64,000 nt of DNA from Eubacteriales bacterium (GTDB taxonomy: Bacteria; Bacillota; Clostridia; Oscillospirales; CAG-272). This document shows positions 52,302 to 62,374 of the stretch, piece after piece. Each line of letters opens with the position of its first letter. The stretch's first letter is position 1. Both the position numbers and the translations under genes were made by a program. The notes under the pieces are model-generated. The model was not told the origin of the DNA, searched no databases, and saw nothing but the letters and a program-made list of their open reading frames with translations. Where the stretch lies: the NCBI GenBank assembly GCA_045588165.1, contig JAZNDP010000066.1, positions 1,614 through 65,613 on the forward strand, given 5' to 3'.

Positions 52302-53548
52302 CGGATCGCCCCCTCTCCCCGAATCAGGTACTTCTCGGTGGTAAGGGCGGGCAGACCCATAGGACCGCGTACGTGAAGCTTTTGCGTAGAAATTCCGATC
52401 TCCGCGCCGAATCCGAATTCTCCTCCGTCGGTAAAGCGGGTGGAGGCGTTCACGTAAACGGCGGCGGAATTGACCTGTCGTTGGAAGCGAGTCGCGTGCT
52501 CCTCATCAGAGGTGACGATGGCTTCGCTGTGTCCTGTGCTGTATTTGTTGACGTGGTCAATGGCATCGGCGAGAGTGTCCACCACTCGGATTGCCACAAT
52601 ATAGTCGTTGTATTCGGTGTAGTAGTCCTCTTCGGTGGCTTCCAGTGCCTCGGGGATCAGAACGCGGGTTCTGGCACAGCCGCGAAGCTCTACCTCAAAG
52701 GGGCGAAGCTCCTCGCAAAGGCGAGGTAAAAACTTTGCCGCCACACTGGCGTGAACCAGAATCGTTTCCACAGCGTTGCAGACCGAGGGGCGGGAGCACT
52801 TGGCGTTGACCGAGATGCGGAGCGCCATATCCAAATCGGCGCTGTCGTCCACGTACAGGTGGCAATTTCCCGCTCCCGTTTCAATCACGGGGACGGTAGC
52901 GTTTTCTACTACGCTTCGAATGAGTCCCTTTCCGCCGCGGGGGATCAGAACGTCAATAAATCCGCGCATCGTCATCAGAATTTGGGCGCTTTCTCGCTCG
53001 GTAGACAGAATCAGCTCGACACAATGGGGATCCATATCACAGTCATCAAGAGCCTGCTTGATCAGCTCGACGATGGCGGTATTGGTGGAAATGGCTTCCT
53101 TTCCTCCCCGCAGGATCACCGCGTTTCCCGTCTTGAGACAGAGAGCGGCGGAATCTACCGTCACGTTGGGACGAGCCTCGTAGATCATGGCGACCACGCC
53201 AAGAGGAACGCGGACACGGGAAATGGTCAGCCCCGAGGGGCGAGTCCAGCTTTCACTCTTGCCCACCGGATCCTCCAGCTCGGTCAGCGCCTTGAGGGAT
53301 TGGCAGATACCGAGGATCCGTCCCTCACTCAGGGCAAGACGGTCCTGCATCGCTTTGGGAACGTCGTTCTCACCGGCTGCCTCCAGATCTCGGCGGTTGG
53401 CGGTAAGCAACAGCTCAATATTGGCCTCCAACAGCTCGGCAATGCGAAGAAGGATCCGATTCTTGGTGTCGGTATCGGCAAGCGCCAGCTTACGGGAGGC
53501 GTCGCCTGCGTTGATGCATAAAAGTTCAATTTCTTCACGTAAGGTCAT
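52298..53548 (-). CDS. proA: Glutamate-5-semialdehyde dehydrogenase
   Basis: VPLGVVAMIYEARPNVT, LRGGKEA, CNAVETILVH, STGHSEAIVT. Confidence 0.94.
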   Translation of the reverse strand: MTLREEIELLCINAGDASRKLALADTDTKNRILLRIAELLEANIELLLTANRRDLEAAGENDVPKAMQDRLALSEGRILGICQSLKALTELEDPVGKSESWTRPSGLTISRVRVPLGVVAMIYEARPNVTVDSAALCLKTGNAVILRGGKEAISTNTAIVELIKQALDDCDMDPHCVELILSTERESAQILMTMRGFIDVLIPRGGKGLIRSVVENATVPVIETGAGNCHLYVDDSADLDMALRISVNAKCSRPSVCNAVETILVHASVAAKFLPRLCEELRPFEVELRGCARTRVLIPEALEATEEDYYTEYNDYIVAIRVVDTLADAIDHVNKYSTGHSEAIVTSDEEHATRFQRQVNSAAVYVNASTRFTDGGEFGFGAEIGISTQKLHVRGPMGLPALTTEKYLIRGEGAIR

Positions 53549-53575
53549 GTTTTTCTCCGTTTTTCTTTTTATTGG

Positions 53576-54100
53576 TTATTTGAATGCCACTTTTTGATAC
53601 GCTTCTTCAATTTCCAGAACGTACATGCGGTGAAAGTCGCCTGCTTTATAATTGGAGAGCAGGGACGGGTCGATAAAGCATTCCTTTTTCAGATCGTCTG
53701 CGTATAGCTTGCGGCCGATGAGAACCAGCTCTGCCTGACGAATCACGGGAACGCCCCCGATCTCAAAAGTGGAGAGTCCCGCTTCCTTCAGCTTTTCCGT
53801 GTCCTTACCGCTTTTGGTTCCGCACAGCCGTAAGGCATCTCGGTATCCGCCTCCGAAAAAGGCAAGGGAGAGACGGTCGTTTTGCTCCGCCAGCGCATAT
53901 GTGTGGCGTTGCGGACGAATGAAGCAGACGCATACGGGCTTGTTCCAAAGAACGCCCATGCATCCCCAGCTGGCGGTCATGGCATTTGCCCGATTCCTTT
54001 TTTCATCCTTTGCCGTGATCAGCATCCAATCGGTTCCGATCAGCTTGACGGCGTTCCCGATCGCCTCGGGCGAGACTGCTTGAAAGCCAAGTTCTACCAT
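53576..54100 (-). CDS. Flavin reductase-like (flavoredoxin family) protein
   Basis: NAMTASWGCMGVLWNKPVCVCFIRPQRHTY is typical of the FMN-binding split-barrel family. Confidence 0.7.
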   Translation of the reverse strand: MVELGFQAVSPEAIGNAVKLIGTDWMLITAKDEKRNRANAMTASWGCMGVLWNKPVCVCFIRPQRHTYALAEQNDRLSLAFFGGGYRDALRLCGTKSGKDTEKLKEAGLSTFEIGGVPVIRQAELVLIGRKLYADDLKKECFIDPSLLSNYKAGDFHRMYVLEIEEAYQKVAFK

Positions 54101-54232
54101 GGAATCCTCCCTGAAAAGATATTCGTACGATACTACAATAATATCATATCAAATTTTTGAATTTTCGTCAACGAGTTTCCCAAAGTTTTGCAAAAAAAGA
54201 AGAAAAATCAGACAGTTTTTTTAAAAAACCTG

Positions 54233-54261
54233 TCGACATTTATCTGCGGAAGGTATATAAT
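54233..54261 (+). promoter_or_regulatory. Sigma-A promoter for the DAHP synthase gene
   Basis: TCGACA, 17 bp, TATAAT. Confidence 0.55.
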
Positions 54262-54298
54262 AGTAGTCATAAGGCTTGTATTGCTTTGGAGGCCCGTG

Positions 54299-55333
54299 AT
54301 GCAAAAAAACATGAAATTTATTCGAAAGCTTCCCATTCCTATGGATGTGAAGGCACAGTATCCGCTGAAGGCGGAATATGCCGAGAAAAAAGTAGAGCGA
54401 GACTGTGAGATCGCCGATATTTTCTCTGGAAGGGACGATCGTCTGGTTTTGGTGATCGGCCCCTGTTCTGCTGATCGGGAGGACGCGGTTCTGGACTATA
54501 TTTCCCGTCTGGCGGTGCTTCAGGAAAAGGTATGTGACAAGGTGTTGATCATTCCGAGAATCTATACCAATAAACCCCGCACCACGGGAGATGGGTATAA
54601 AGGAATGGTTCATCAGCCCAACCCGGAGGCGGCAGAGGATATGCTGGAGGGAATCGTGGCAATTCGCCGTCTGCATACCCGCGCCATTGAGGAGACGGGT
54701 CTGTTCTGTGCCGACGAGATGCTGTATCCCGAAAATTATCGGTATCTGTCCGATCTGCTTGCCTACGTTGCCGTGGGTGCCCGTTCGGTGGAGAATCAGC
54801 AGCATCGTCTTGCCGCCAGCGGTATCGACGTGCCCGTTGGTATGAAAAATCCCACGGGCGGAGATATTTCCGTTATGCTGAATTCTATTGCCGCCGCTCA
54901 GCATTCCCATACCTTCCTGTATCGCGGTTGGGAGTGTGTGTCCTCGGGAAATCCTTTGGCGCACGCCATTCTCCGCGGTTACGTCAATCAGCACGGTGAA
55001 TCTCTGCCAAACTATCACTATGAGGATCTGATCCATCTGTACCGTGAATATTCCGCAAGGAACCTTTCCAATATGGCGGTGGTGATCGATGCCAACCATG
55101 CCAATTCGGGCAAGAAATGGGCGGAACAGCCCAGAATCTGTAAGGACGTGCTTCACGCCTGCCGTCACTCTGCCGAGATCAAGAGCTATGTCAAGGGCTT
55201 TATGATCGAGAGTTATCTGGAGGACGGCGCCCAGAAGATTGGAGAACATATCTACGGAAAATCCATTACCGACCCATGCCTTGGTTGGGAAAAGACCGAG
55301 CGCTTGGTGCTGGATATTGCCGATTTGCTGTAA
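54299..55333 (+). CDS. 3-deoxy-7-phosphoheptulonate synthase, class I (AroF/G/H type)
   Basis: LVLVIGPCSADRE, IYTNKPRT, VAVGARSVENQQHR, VIDANHANSGK. GGAGG SD before ATG 54299. Confidence 0.9.
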   Translation: MQKNMKFIRKLPIPMDVKAQYPLKAEYAEKKVERDCEIADIFSGRDDRLVLVIGPCSADREDAVLDYISRLAVLQEKVCDKVLIIPRIYTNKPRTTGDGYKGMVHQPNPEAAEDMLEGIVAIRRLHTRAIEETGLFCADEMLYPENYRYLSDLLAYVAVGARSVENQQHRLAASGIDVPVGMKNPTGGDISVMLNSIAAAQHSHTFLYRGWECVSSGNPLAHAILRGYVNQHGESLPNYHYEDLIHLYREYSARNLSNMAVVIDANHANSGKKWAEQPRICKDVLHACRHSAEIKSYVKGFMIESYLEDGAQKIGEHIYGKSITDPCLGWEKTERLVLDIADLL

Positions 55334-55432
55334 GAGACAGCGCATAGGAGAAAGCTGATATGAAGCCATCAACCTCTACGGGAGATTTTAAATCTTATCC
55401 CTACTATGCGTGTTTCGAGGAATAAGAAAAGG

Positions 55433-55465
55433 AGGAAGAGAAAAATTTCTCTTCCTTCTTTTTTG
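55433..55465. terminator. Bidirectional terminator
   Basis: AGGAAGAGAAA-aa-TTTCTCTTCCT followed by TCTTTTTT. Confidence 0.75.
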
Positions 55466-55476
55466 GGACACGGCTA

Positions 55477-56463
55477 TTACAGCAGTGTCGCAATCAGCTC
55501 ATCATGGGATTTGGGAGAAAGATAGGCGGGGGGGACGTCAAAGACGGTCTTGCAGCCCACAGCTCCTTCCTTGTGCAACCGTGCCACGGCTCTTGCGTAA
55601 GCTACGATCACCGAGGCGGTAAATTCGGGGTTAGAATCCAGCTTTAAGCTGTATTCGATCACATGGTTGTGCTCCAAGCTCGCTCCCGTCTTACCGGTGC
55701 GGATGACAAATCCGCCGTGGGGAATCCCGCCGTGATCTCGCTTCAGCTCCTCGGCGGAAATAAAGTGTACGGTGGTATCGTAATCGGCAAAATAGTTGGG
55801 CATCGTCTTGATTTCTTGCTCGATTCTTGCTCTGTCCGCTCCCTCGGCGGCAACGACAAAGCACTCCCGAAGGTGCTTTTGCCGTGTGGTCAGCTCGGGG
55901 CAGGAGCCGCTTCGCACCGCCTCCAGCGCATCCTCTAGAGGAATGGTGTACTGCTTGGCGTCAAGTACGCCCTCAATACGGCGAATAGCATCCGAGTGTC
56001 CTTGGCTGACGCCCTTTCCCCAGAAGGTGTAGTCCTTGCCGTCGGGGAGGATGGCGCCTGCATACAGACGGTTCAGGGAAAACATACCGGGATCCCAGCC
56101 GACGGAGATCATAGCGACCTTGCCGCTCTCTTTTGCCGCGTTATCCACACGGGCAAAGTGCTCGGGGATCTTGGCATGGGTGTCAAAGCTGTCTACCACG
56201 CAAAAATGCTTGGCGAGAGCCGGAGTTTGCTCGGGGAGATCGGTGGCGCTTCCCCCGCAGAGGATCATGACGTCGATTCGATCCACATAGGAGAGAACCT
56301 CCGAGGTATGCACGACGGATACGCCCTCGGTGCCGATTTGCAGCGTAGAGGGGTCTCGGCGGGTAAAGACCGCCACAAGACTCATGTCCGCGTTCTGGCG
56401 GATGGCGTTTTCAATACCCCGTCCCAAATTACCGTAGCCGTAAATGCCGATTCTAATGCTCAT
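55477..56463 (-). CDS. ddh: meso-Diaminopimelate D-dehydrogenase
   Basis: MSIRIGIYGYGNLGRGIE Rossmann start, WDPGMFS, FWGKGVSQGHSDA are Ddh-like blocks. Confidence 0.88.
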   Translation of the reverse strand: MSIRIGIYGYGNLGRGIENAIRQNADMSLVAVFTRRDPSTLQIGTEGVSVVHTSEVLSYVDRIDVMILCGGSATDLPEQTPALAKHFCVVDSFDTHAKIPEHFARVDNAAKESGKVAMISVGWDPGMFSLNRLYAGAILPDGKDYTFWGKGVSQGHSDAIRRIEGVLDAKQYTIPLEDALEAVRSGSCPELTTRQKHLRECFVVAAEGADRARIEQEIKTMPNYFADYDTTVHFISAEELKRDHGGIPHGGFVIRTGKTGASLEHNHVIEYSLKLDSNPEFTASVIVAYARAVARLHKEGAVGCKTVFDVPPAYLSPKSHDELIATLL

Positions 56464-56507
56464 ATGATAAACCTTACCTTTCGTGGTATCAATCAAAAAT
56501 ACAAGTT

Positions 56508-56536
56508 ATTATATCATAGATTTTGTTTTTTTACAA
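56508..56536 (-). promoter_or_regulatory. Sigma-A promoter for ddh
   Basis: Minus strand reads TTGTAA, 17 bp, TATAAT. Confidence 0.6.
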
Positions 56537-56561
56537 GAGAAAAAAGCAAAAATCGGAACAA

Positions 56562-57509
56562 TCAAACGATTCGATTGGTTCTGTCGCCCGTCTCGTAAGC
56601 GCGGACGTTCTTGGCAATGGTTTCAATACACCGCGCTCTGGCTTCAATGGATCCCCAGGACATATGGGGCGTGAGGCATACGTTGTCCCGACCGAGAAGC
56701 CCATAAAAGGGATGATCCTTGCCAAAGGGCTCTATGGAGTAGACGTCACAGCCAAGACCTCCCAGCGAGCCATCCAGAATGGCGTCCGCCACGGCTGCCT
56801 CGTCGGTTACGGCACCCCGCGCCACGTTGATGAGAATGGCGCCTTTTTTCATGGTGGCGATCCGCTCACGGCTGATCATGCCCCTCGTCTCGGCGGTAAG
56901 GGGAACATGCAGGGAAATAATATCGGCTCTGCGGCAGATCTCGTCGATATCCGCCTGCTCATATCGGTCATCGGGCTTCCGTCGGCAGAGAAGGACGCGA
57001 GCGCCAAAGGCGGTTGCAAGCTCGGCAACACGGGAGCCGATGGATCCTCCGCCCACAACTCCCCATGTCAGCGAGGAAAGCTCGTGAAAAACGGGGGTGA
57101 GACGGTTTGCGATCCCCACCTCGGTATAGTTACCCGAATGAACGCAGGTGCGGTATTCGGTGAGGTGTGTGGCAAGGGTCAGAGCCATTGCCAGGGTGAT
57201 TTGGGAGACGCTGTCGGAGCAGTAGGCGGGAACATTGTAAAGAGCGATTCCCAGCTTCTCGCAAACGGCGGTGTCCACCGTGTCGTAGCCTGTGGAGCTG
57301 ACGCAGATCAGGCGGAGAGAGGGTGCCTCGGTCAAATCAAATTGCTTCAGATTGACTTTGTTCAGTACCACGACCTCGGCATCACGGATCCGATCCATCA
57401 CCTGATGGGGATGAGTTTGCTTATATTCGGTGACCTCGCCTACGGCAAGCAGAGGGGTAACATCAATGTCCTCTCCCCAGGTAGCGGTGTCCAGCAGTAC
57501 GATTTTCAT
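56562..57509 (-). CDS. D-isomer-specific 2-hydroxyacid dehydrogenase (glycerate/hydroxypyruvate reductase-like)
   Basis: GVVGGGSIGSRVA NAD motif, ILINVARG, TPHMSW catalytic His block. GGAGGG SD before ATG 57509. Confidence 0.85.
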   Translation of the reverse strand: MKIVLLDTATWGEDIDVTPLLAVGEVTEYKQTHPHQVMDRIRDAEVVVLNKVNLKQFDLTEAPSLRLICVSSTGYDTVDTAVCEKLGIALYNVPAYCSDSVSQITLAMALTLATHLTEYRTCVHSGNYTEVGIANRLTPVFHELSSLTWGVVGGGSIGSRVAELATAFGARVLLCRRKPDDRYEQADIDEICRRADIISLHVPLTAETRGMISRERIATMKKGAILINVARGAVTDEAAVADAILDGSLGGLGCDVYSIEPFGKDHPFYGLLGRDNVCLTPHMSWGSIEARARCIETIAKNVRAYETGDRTNRIV

Positions 57510-57636
57510 GAAATCCCTCCATGCCTTGTTTTTCACCCTATATTGTATCACAGGGAAGGAAAAAAATCAATCGGGAGCGTTGATTTCTCTGAAAAAAATG
57601 TGATAAAATGAAGAAAAGTCAGATAAGGGGGCGAAT

Positions 57637-58260
57637 ATGGCGGAAATACGAAACGTAATTTTTGATATGGGTCAGGTGCTTCTTCAATTTACTCCCGAGA
57701 GAATTTTCTCTCCCTTCTTTCCCGATCCGGAGGATCTGTCCGAGATCATACGTGTCATCTTTGATTCTGGGGAGTGGGTTTCCATTGATACAGGGCTTGT
57801 TTCCGAGGAGAAAACGGTAGAGAGTTGGATTCGAACCCTTCCCGAGCATGAGGACGCAATCAAAGCGATGATGGCAACGTGGTATCGCGGTATGGTACCG
57901 GTGGAGGGAATGGAGAAATTGGTTGCCGAGCTGAAGGCGGCGGGATACCGTTGTTATCTGCTTTCCAATACCAGCGCGCGTTTTTTTGAATATGCCCACA
58001 CGGTTCCGTCTCTGCGAATGATGGACGGCTACGTGATCTCCGCCATCGAACAGCTGATCAAGCCTGACCCCGCCATTTTTCGTCTGACGCTGGAGCGATT
58101 CGGTTTGAGAGCGGAGGAGAGCTTCTTTGTGGATGATAACGCGCAGAACGTGGCAAGCGCCGCCACCTGCGGGATTCGGAGCTTTTGCTTTGAGAACTAT
58201 GACGTCGCTGCATTGCGACTCGGTATGAGACAGGCAGGAATCCGCATAAAGGGAATTTGA
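57637..58260 (+). CDS. HAD-superfamily hydrolase (subfamily IA)
   Basis: VIFDMGQVL motif I, LLSNTS motif II, KPDP...FFVDDN motifs III/IV. Confidence 0.85.
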   Translation: MAEIRNVIFDMGQVLLQFTPERIFSPFFPDPEDLSEIIRVIFDSGEWVSIDTGLVSEEKTVESWIRTLPEHEDAIKAMMATWYRGMVPVEGMEKLVAELKAAGYRCYLLSNTSARFFEYAHTVPSLRMMDGYVISAIEQLIKPDPAIFRLTLERFGLRAEESFFVDDNAQNVASAATCGIRSFCFENYDVAALRLGMRQAGIRIKGI

Positions 58261-58270
58261 CAAATAAAAA

Positions 58271-58302
58271 AAGAGTACGACTCTCGTCGTACTCTTTTTT
58301 AT
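58271..58302. terminator. Bidirectional terminator
   Basis: AAGAGTACGAC-tctc-GTCGTACTCTT flanked by A- and T-runs. Confidence 0.8.
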
Positions 58303-60006
58303 TTACCGGATCTTGTTTTGGTACTCCTCTATGATCATGGCAGGAACCTCAAAGCGCTTGATCTTTTTGGAGGAATTTTTGGGAAATTCCTTTTCGGTGA
58401 TCAGCGCCACGTCGATCCGCTTGTAGGTTTGTACCGAGCTGTTCACCTCGGCAACGGCGGCGAGAATCTCTCTCTCCAGAAGAGCAGGGGCGTATCCCTC
58501 TCCCAACGCTTCGGCGGCGTATTCCGTATCGGGGCGGATGACGGCAACGATATCCATCTCTCCCTTTTTCTCATTGTTCATTGCCAATACCACCGTCTCA
58601 CCGATCAGAGGATTGCGGCAAAGATAGGACTCCAGCTCCTCGGGAAATACGTTTTTGCCGTTTGCGCGAATGATCACGTTCTTTTTTCGTCCCGTAATGA
58701 TCAGAAATCCGTTTTCGTCAATATAACCCACGTCTCCTGTGTGAAGCCAGCCGTTTTTCTTGACCTCGGCGGTCAGATCGGGGCGGTTGTAATACCCCAG
58801 CATGACGTTGTCACCGCGGTAGCAGATCTCTCCCGTGCCGTCCTCGGCGGGGGAAAGAATCTTCAGCTCTCCCTCGGGAAGTACAAGACCCGCAGAGCGG
58901 TCATTGAAATAAGAGTCGTGGTTGACTGCCGCCAAGGGAGCGGATTCGGTAAGACCGTAGCCTTGAATCACGTTCAGGCCAAAGGCGCGCATGCCCTTGA
59001 TGATCTCGGGATCAATAGGGGCACCACCCGAAACCAGAAGGTTTAGCTTTCCACCAAAGGATTGATGGATCTCGGCAAATGCCTTCTTCTTTGCCGCCAT
59101 ACGGGCAGAGTAGGAGGGGATCTTGTCGGTCAGGGAAATCACGGTGCGTACCTTCTTCTCAATTCCCTTTTTTCGGATGTTTGCCCAGATCTTTCGGTAC
59201 ATGGTTTCGATCAGCAGCGGCACGCAAAGGATTTTCGTGGGATTGACCTCCTTTACGTTCTTCATAATATAACGCACACCCTGAGAAAAGGCAACGGAGG
59301 CACCCCGTGACAGCGGGTAGAGGAATCCGCAGGTGCATTCGTAGACGTGGTGCAGGGGAAGGACGGATAAGGCGCAATCCTCCGTATCCACGTAAACCAT
59401 ACGTGCCAGCTGCCGTACCGTGTGACAGATATTTCTTTGAGAGAGCATAACGCCCTTGGATACGCCGGTGGTTCCCGAGGTAAAGATCAGGGAACAAAGC
59501 GTATCGGTTTCAATGGAACGCTCGGCGTAAAGATTGCTTCCCGCAGACAGCAGATCGTGTCCCTCCACAATCAGAGCGGGGAGCTCGTCAAAACAGAAGG
59601 TAGGAACACAGGGAGGAACCTGACGAAGCTTCTCTTCATATTTTTTAGAGTAGAGGATCAGTCCCGCCTCGGACAGGTTGGCAATATTGGCAAATTCCTC
59701 GACAGGAATTTCTTTGTCAACGGGAACCACAACGCCAAGACCGCAGACGGCGGTCATATAGGACAGACACCAAGCGTAGCAGTTCTCCCCCATCACAATG
59801 ATGCGCTTGTCGCAAAAGCCTCTTGCCGCCAATGCTTCTCCCAGAGAAAAAACATCGGTCTTAAAACGAATAAAGCTAAAGCTTTGATAGCTTCCGTCAA
59901 TCTTTTGCAGGAAAGCGGGACGGGTTCCAAAACGGAGGGCGCTATTCTCCAGCATTTCCCGAAGATTATGGATCGGCGCTGTAGGGTAAAGACGATAGTT
60001 CGGCAT
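58303..60006 (-). CDS. AMP-dependent synthetase/ligase (long-chain acyl-CoA synthetase-like)
   Basis: IFTSGTTGVSKGV AMP-binding motif, GYGLTE, GWLHTGDVGY, GRKKNVI. Confidence 0.88.
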   Translation of the reverse strand: MPNYRLYPTAPIHNLREMLENSALRFGTRPAFLQKIDGSYQSFSFIRFKTDVFSLGEALAARGFCDKRIIVMGENCYAWCLSYMTAVCGLGVVVPVDKEIPVEEFANIANLSEAGLILYSKKYEEKLRQVPPCVPTFCFDELPALIVEGHDLLSAGSNLYAERSIETDTLCSLIFTSGTTGVSKGVMLSQRNICHTVRQLARMVYVDTEDCALSVLPLHHVYECTCGFLYPLSRGASVAFSQGVRYIMKNVKEVNPTKILCVPLLIETMYRKIWANIRKKGIEKKVRTVISLTDKIPSYSARMAAKKKAFAEIHQSFGGKLNLLVSGGAPIDPEIIKGMRAFGLNVIQGYGLTESAPLAAVNHDSYFNDRSAGLVLPEGELKILSPAEDGTGEICYRGDNVMLGYYNRPDLTAEVKKNGWLHTGDVGYIDENGFLIITGRKKNVIIRANGKNVFPEELESYLCRNPLIGETVVLAMNNEKKGEMDIVAVIRPDTEYAAEALGEGYAPALLEREILAAVAEVNSSVQTYKRIDVALITEKEFPKNSSKKIKRFEVPAMIIEEYQNKIR

Positions 60007-60217
60007 ATGAATCTCCTTTGATTTTTATTGATGTAACATTGAGTGCGCAACAATTCGCCTTTGGTATTATACCATGATTATGGACGGACTGTGTGAATGA
60101 TATGTAAACAAGATTGAAATTATTTTGCTTTTTTGGGGAAAGGAGGAAATAAGTGTTTATATTCTCTTCCGTTTTGGCGCATACTAACGAAAAAAGCATG
60201 GAAGGAGAAGCCGGTGA

Positions 60218-62374
60218 ATGAAATCGGAATCGAAAAATAAGGAGGGGAGAATCGTCTCCCCGATAAACGGAAAAACCGTGCCCTTGGATGAGATCGGCGA
60301 TCCCATTTTCTCGGAGCGGATTCTGGGAGACGGTTGCGCGATCCTGCCCGACGGGGGAAAGGTATACAGTCCGGTGAGAGGACGCGTTACCTCCGTGGCG
60401 GATGCCAAGCACGCTTACGGATTTGAGTCGGATGAGGGACAGGAGGTGTTGGTCCATATCGGTCTGGAAACCGTCTCCCTGAGGGGAGAGGGTTTTATCA
60501 GCCACGTGAAGGTAGGAGATCGGGTTCGCGCGGGGGATCTTGTGGCAGAGGTGGACTGGGAGCTGCTTCGCAGTCGTGGATTGTCTACCCTGACTCCTGT
60601 TTTGGTTTGTAACGGAGTCGAGGGGGACCGTCAGGAGTTTCCCTCGGGAGACGTGCGTATCGGCGACGAGCTGTTGAGGACGGTTCCCGTGGCGGAGAAG
60701 GTATCAGGGAGTATAAAGCGGAAAAAGGAGAAGAAGGGAGTCAATTTCGATTTTCTGCAGAAGCTCGGTAAGGTGCTGATGGTGGTCATTGCCGTTATGC
60801 CGGCCGCCGGCCTTGCCATCAGTCTCGGAAAGCTGATCGGTCTTGCGGGAGCGGACATTGGTTGGGTAAGCACGGCGGGCACCATTCTGGAGAACATTGG
60901 TTGGGCGATCATCAGCAACCTACACCTGCTCTTTGCCGTTGCCATCGGAGGATCTTGGGCAAGAGATCGGGCGGGAGGCGCCTTTGCGGCTGTGGTGGCA
61001 TTTGTTCTGATCAATAATATTACCGGATCGATTTTCGGCGTTACCGCGGATATGCTTGCCGATCCCGAGGCGGTGACACATACCCTTTTTGGGGAGGAAA
61101 TCGCCGTAAACGGATATTTTACCTCGGTGTTGGGCTCACCGGCTCTGAATATGGGAGTATTCGTGGGTATTATCGCCGGCTTCCTCGGTGGGATTCTTTA
61201 CAACAAATTTTATAATTTTCGCAAGCTGCCCGATGCGCTCTCCTTTTTCAACGGAAAGCGCTTCGTGCCCTTGGTCGTGATTTTTTGGTCGATTCTCGTT
61301 TCCTTCGTTTTGGCAATTATCTGGCCCGTGGTTCAGCATGGAATCAATGCCTTTGGCGTGTGGATCGCCGATTCGGCTGACACCTCTCCTGTTTTGGCAC
61401 CCTTTATTTACGGGACGCTGGAGCGCTTACTGTTGCCCTTTGGCTTGCATCACATGCTGACGATTCCCATGAACTATACCTCCTTTGGTGGCACCTATAT
61501 CATTCAGACGGGCGCGTCGGCGGGTACGGCGGTCTTTGGGCAGGACCCTCTGTGGCTTGCCTGGGTCACCGACCTGATCAATCTCAAAGGAGCGGGGGAT
61601 ACCGCGGCTTACGAGGCACTGCTGAACGGAGTCGTTCCCGCCCGCTTCAAGGTGGGGCAGATGATCGGCTCTACGGGACTTTTGCTTGGCGTGGCTCTTG
61701 CCATGTTTCGCCGTGTGGATCGGGAAAAGAGACGGCGTTACCGCTCTATCTTTTTCTCGGCGGCATTGGCGGTATTTCTCACCGGTGTGACCGAGCCCCT
61801 CGAATTTATGTTTATGTTCTGCGCGATTCCTCTTTATATCGTTTACGCGCTGTTGCAGGGAGCGGCTTTCGCTATGGCGGGAATTTTTGATCTGCGGCTC
61901 CACTCCTTCGGAAATGTGGAGCTCGTTACCCGTCTTCCCATATCCATCCAGGCGGGACTTACAAGGGACATTCTGAATTTCCTCATCGCCTCTGTCGTTT
62001 TCTTTGGCGTGGGATATTTCATAGCTTATTTTATGATCGGAAAATTCCGATATGCGACCCCCGGGCGGCTTGGAAACTATATGGATGAAAACGGAGAGGA
62101 TTATACCGTGGAGAAAACCGAGCGTACCGCTCAGAGTGGAGACAGTCAGCCCGAACGGATTATTGCCCTTCTTGGAGGCAGGGAAAATATCGAGCTGGTA
62201 GATTCTTGCATGACCCGTCTGCGGGTTACGGTCAGAGACCCCGATAAGGTAGCGGACGCGGAGGCGTGGCGTGCCGAGGGCGCTTTGGCTCTTGTGAAGA
62301 AGGGAACGGGAATTCAGGCGGTGTACGGTCCCAAGGCAGACGTGCTGAAGTCCGATATCAACGATCTGCTATGA
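60218..62374 (+). CDS. PTS glucose/maltose-family transporter, fused EIIA-EIIC-EIIB
   Basis: N-terminal EIIA-Glc (GDGCAILP..., VLVHIGLETV with phospho-His), about 10-TM EIIC (GLHHML, FMFCAIP), C-terminal EIIB CMTRLRV. Confidence 0.9.
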   Translation: MKSESKNKEGRIVSPINGKTVPLDEIGDPIFSERILGDGCAILPDGGKVYSPVRGRVTSVADAKHAYGFESDEGQEVLVHIGLETVSLRGEGFISHVKVGDRVRAGDLVAEVDWELLRSRGLSTLTPVLVCNGVEGDRQEFPSGDVRIGDELLRTVPVAEKVSGSIKRKKEKKGVNFDFLQKLGKVLMVVIAVMPAAGLAISLGKLIGLAGADIGWVSTAGTILENIGWAIISNLHLLFAVAIGGSWARDRAGGAFAAVVAFVLINNITGSIFGVTADMLADPEAVTHTLFGEEIAVNGYFTSVLGSPALNMGVFVGIIAGFLGGILYNKFYNFRKLPDALSFFNGKRFVPLVVIFWSILVSFVLAIIWPVVQHGINAFGVWIADSADTSPVLAPFIYGTLERLLLPFGLHHMLTIPMNYTSFGGTYIIQTGASAGTAVFGQDPLWLAWVTDLINLKGAGDTAAYEALLNGVVPARFKVGQMIGSTGLLLGVALAMFRRVDREKRRRYRSIFFSAALAVFLTGVTEPLEFMFMFCAIPLYIVYALLQGAAFAMAGIFDLRLHSFGNVELVTRLPISIQAGLTRDILNFLIASVVFFGVGYFIAYFMIGKFRYATPGRLGNYMDENGEDYTVEKTERTAQSGDSQPERIIALLGGRENIELVDSCMTRLRVTVRDPDKVADAEAWRAEGALALVKKGTGIQAVYGPKADVLKSDINDLL

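Noticed and set aside
60030-60120. A cre (CcpA) site or RAT antiterminator upstream of the PTS gene.
   Set aside because: TGTAACATTGAGTGCGCA and nearby sequences deviate too far from TGWAANCGNTNWCA. I found no convincing RAT/terminator pair.
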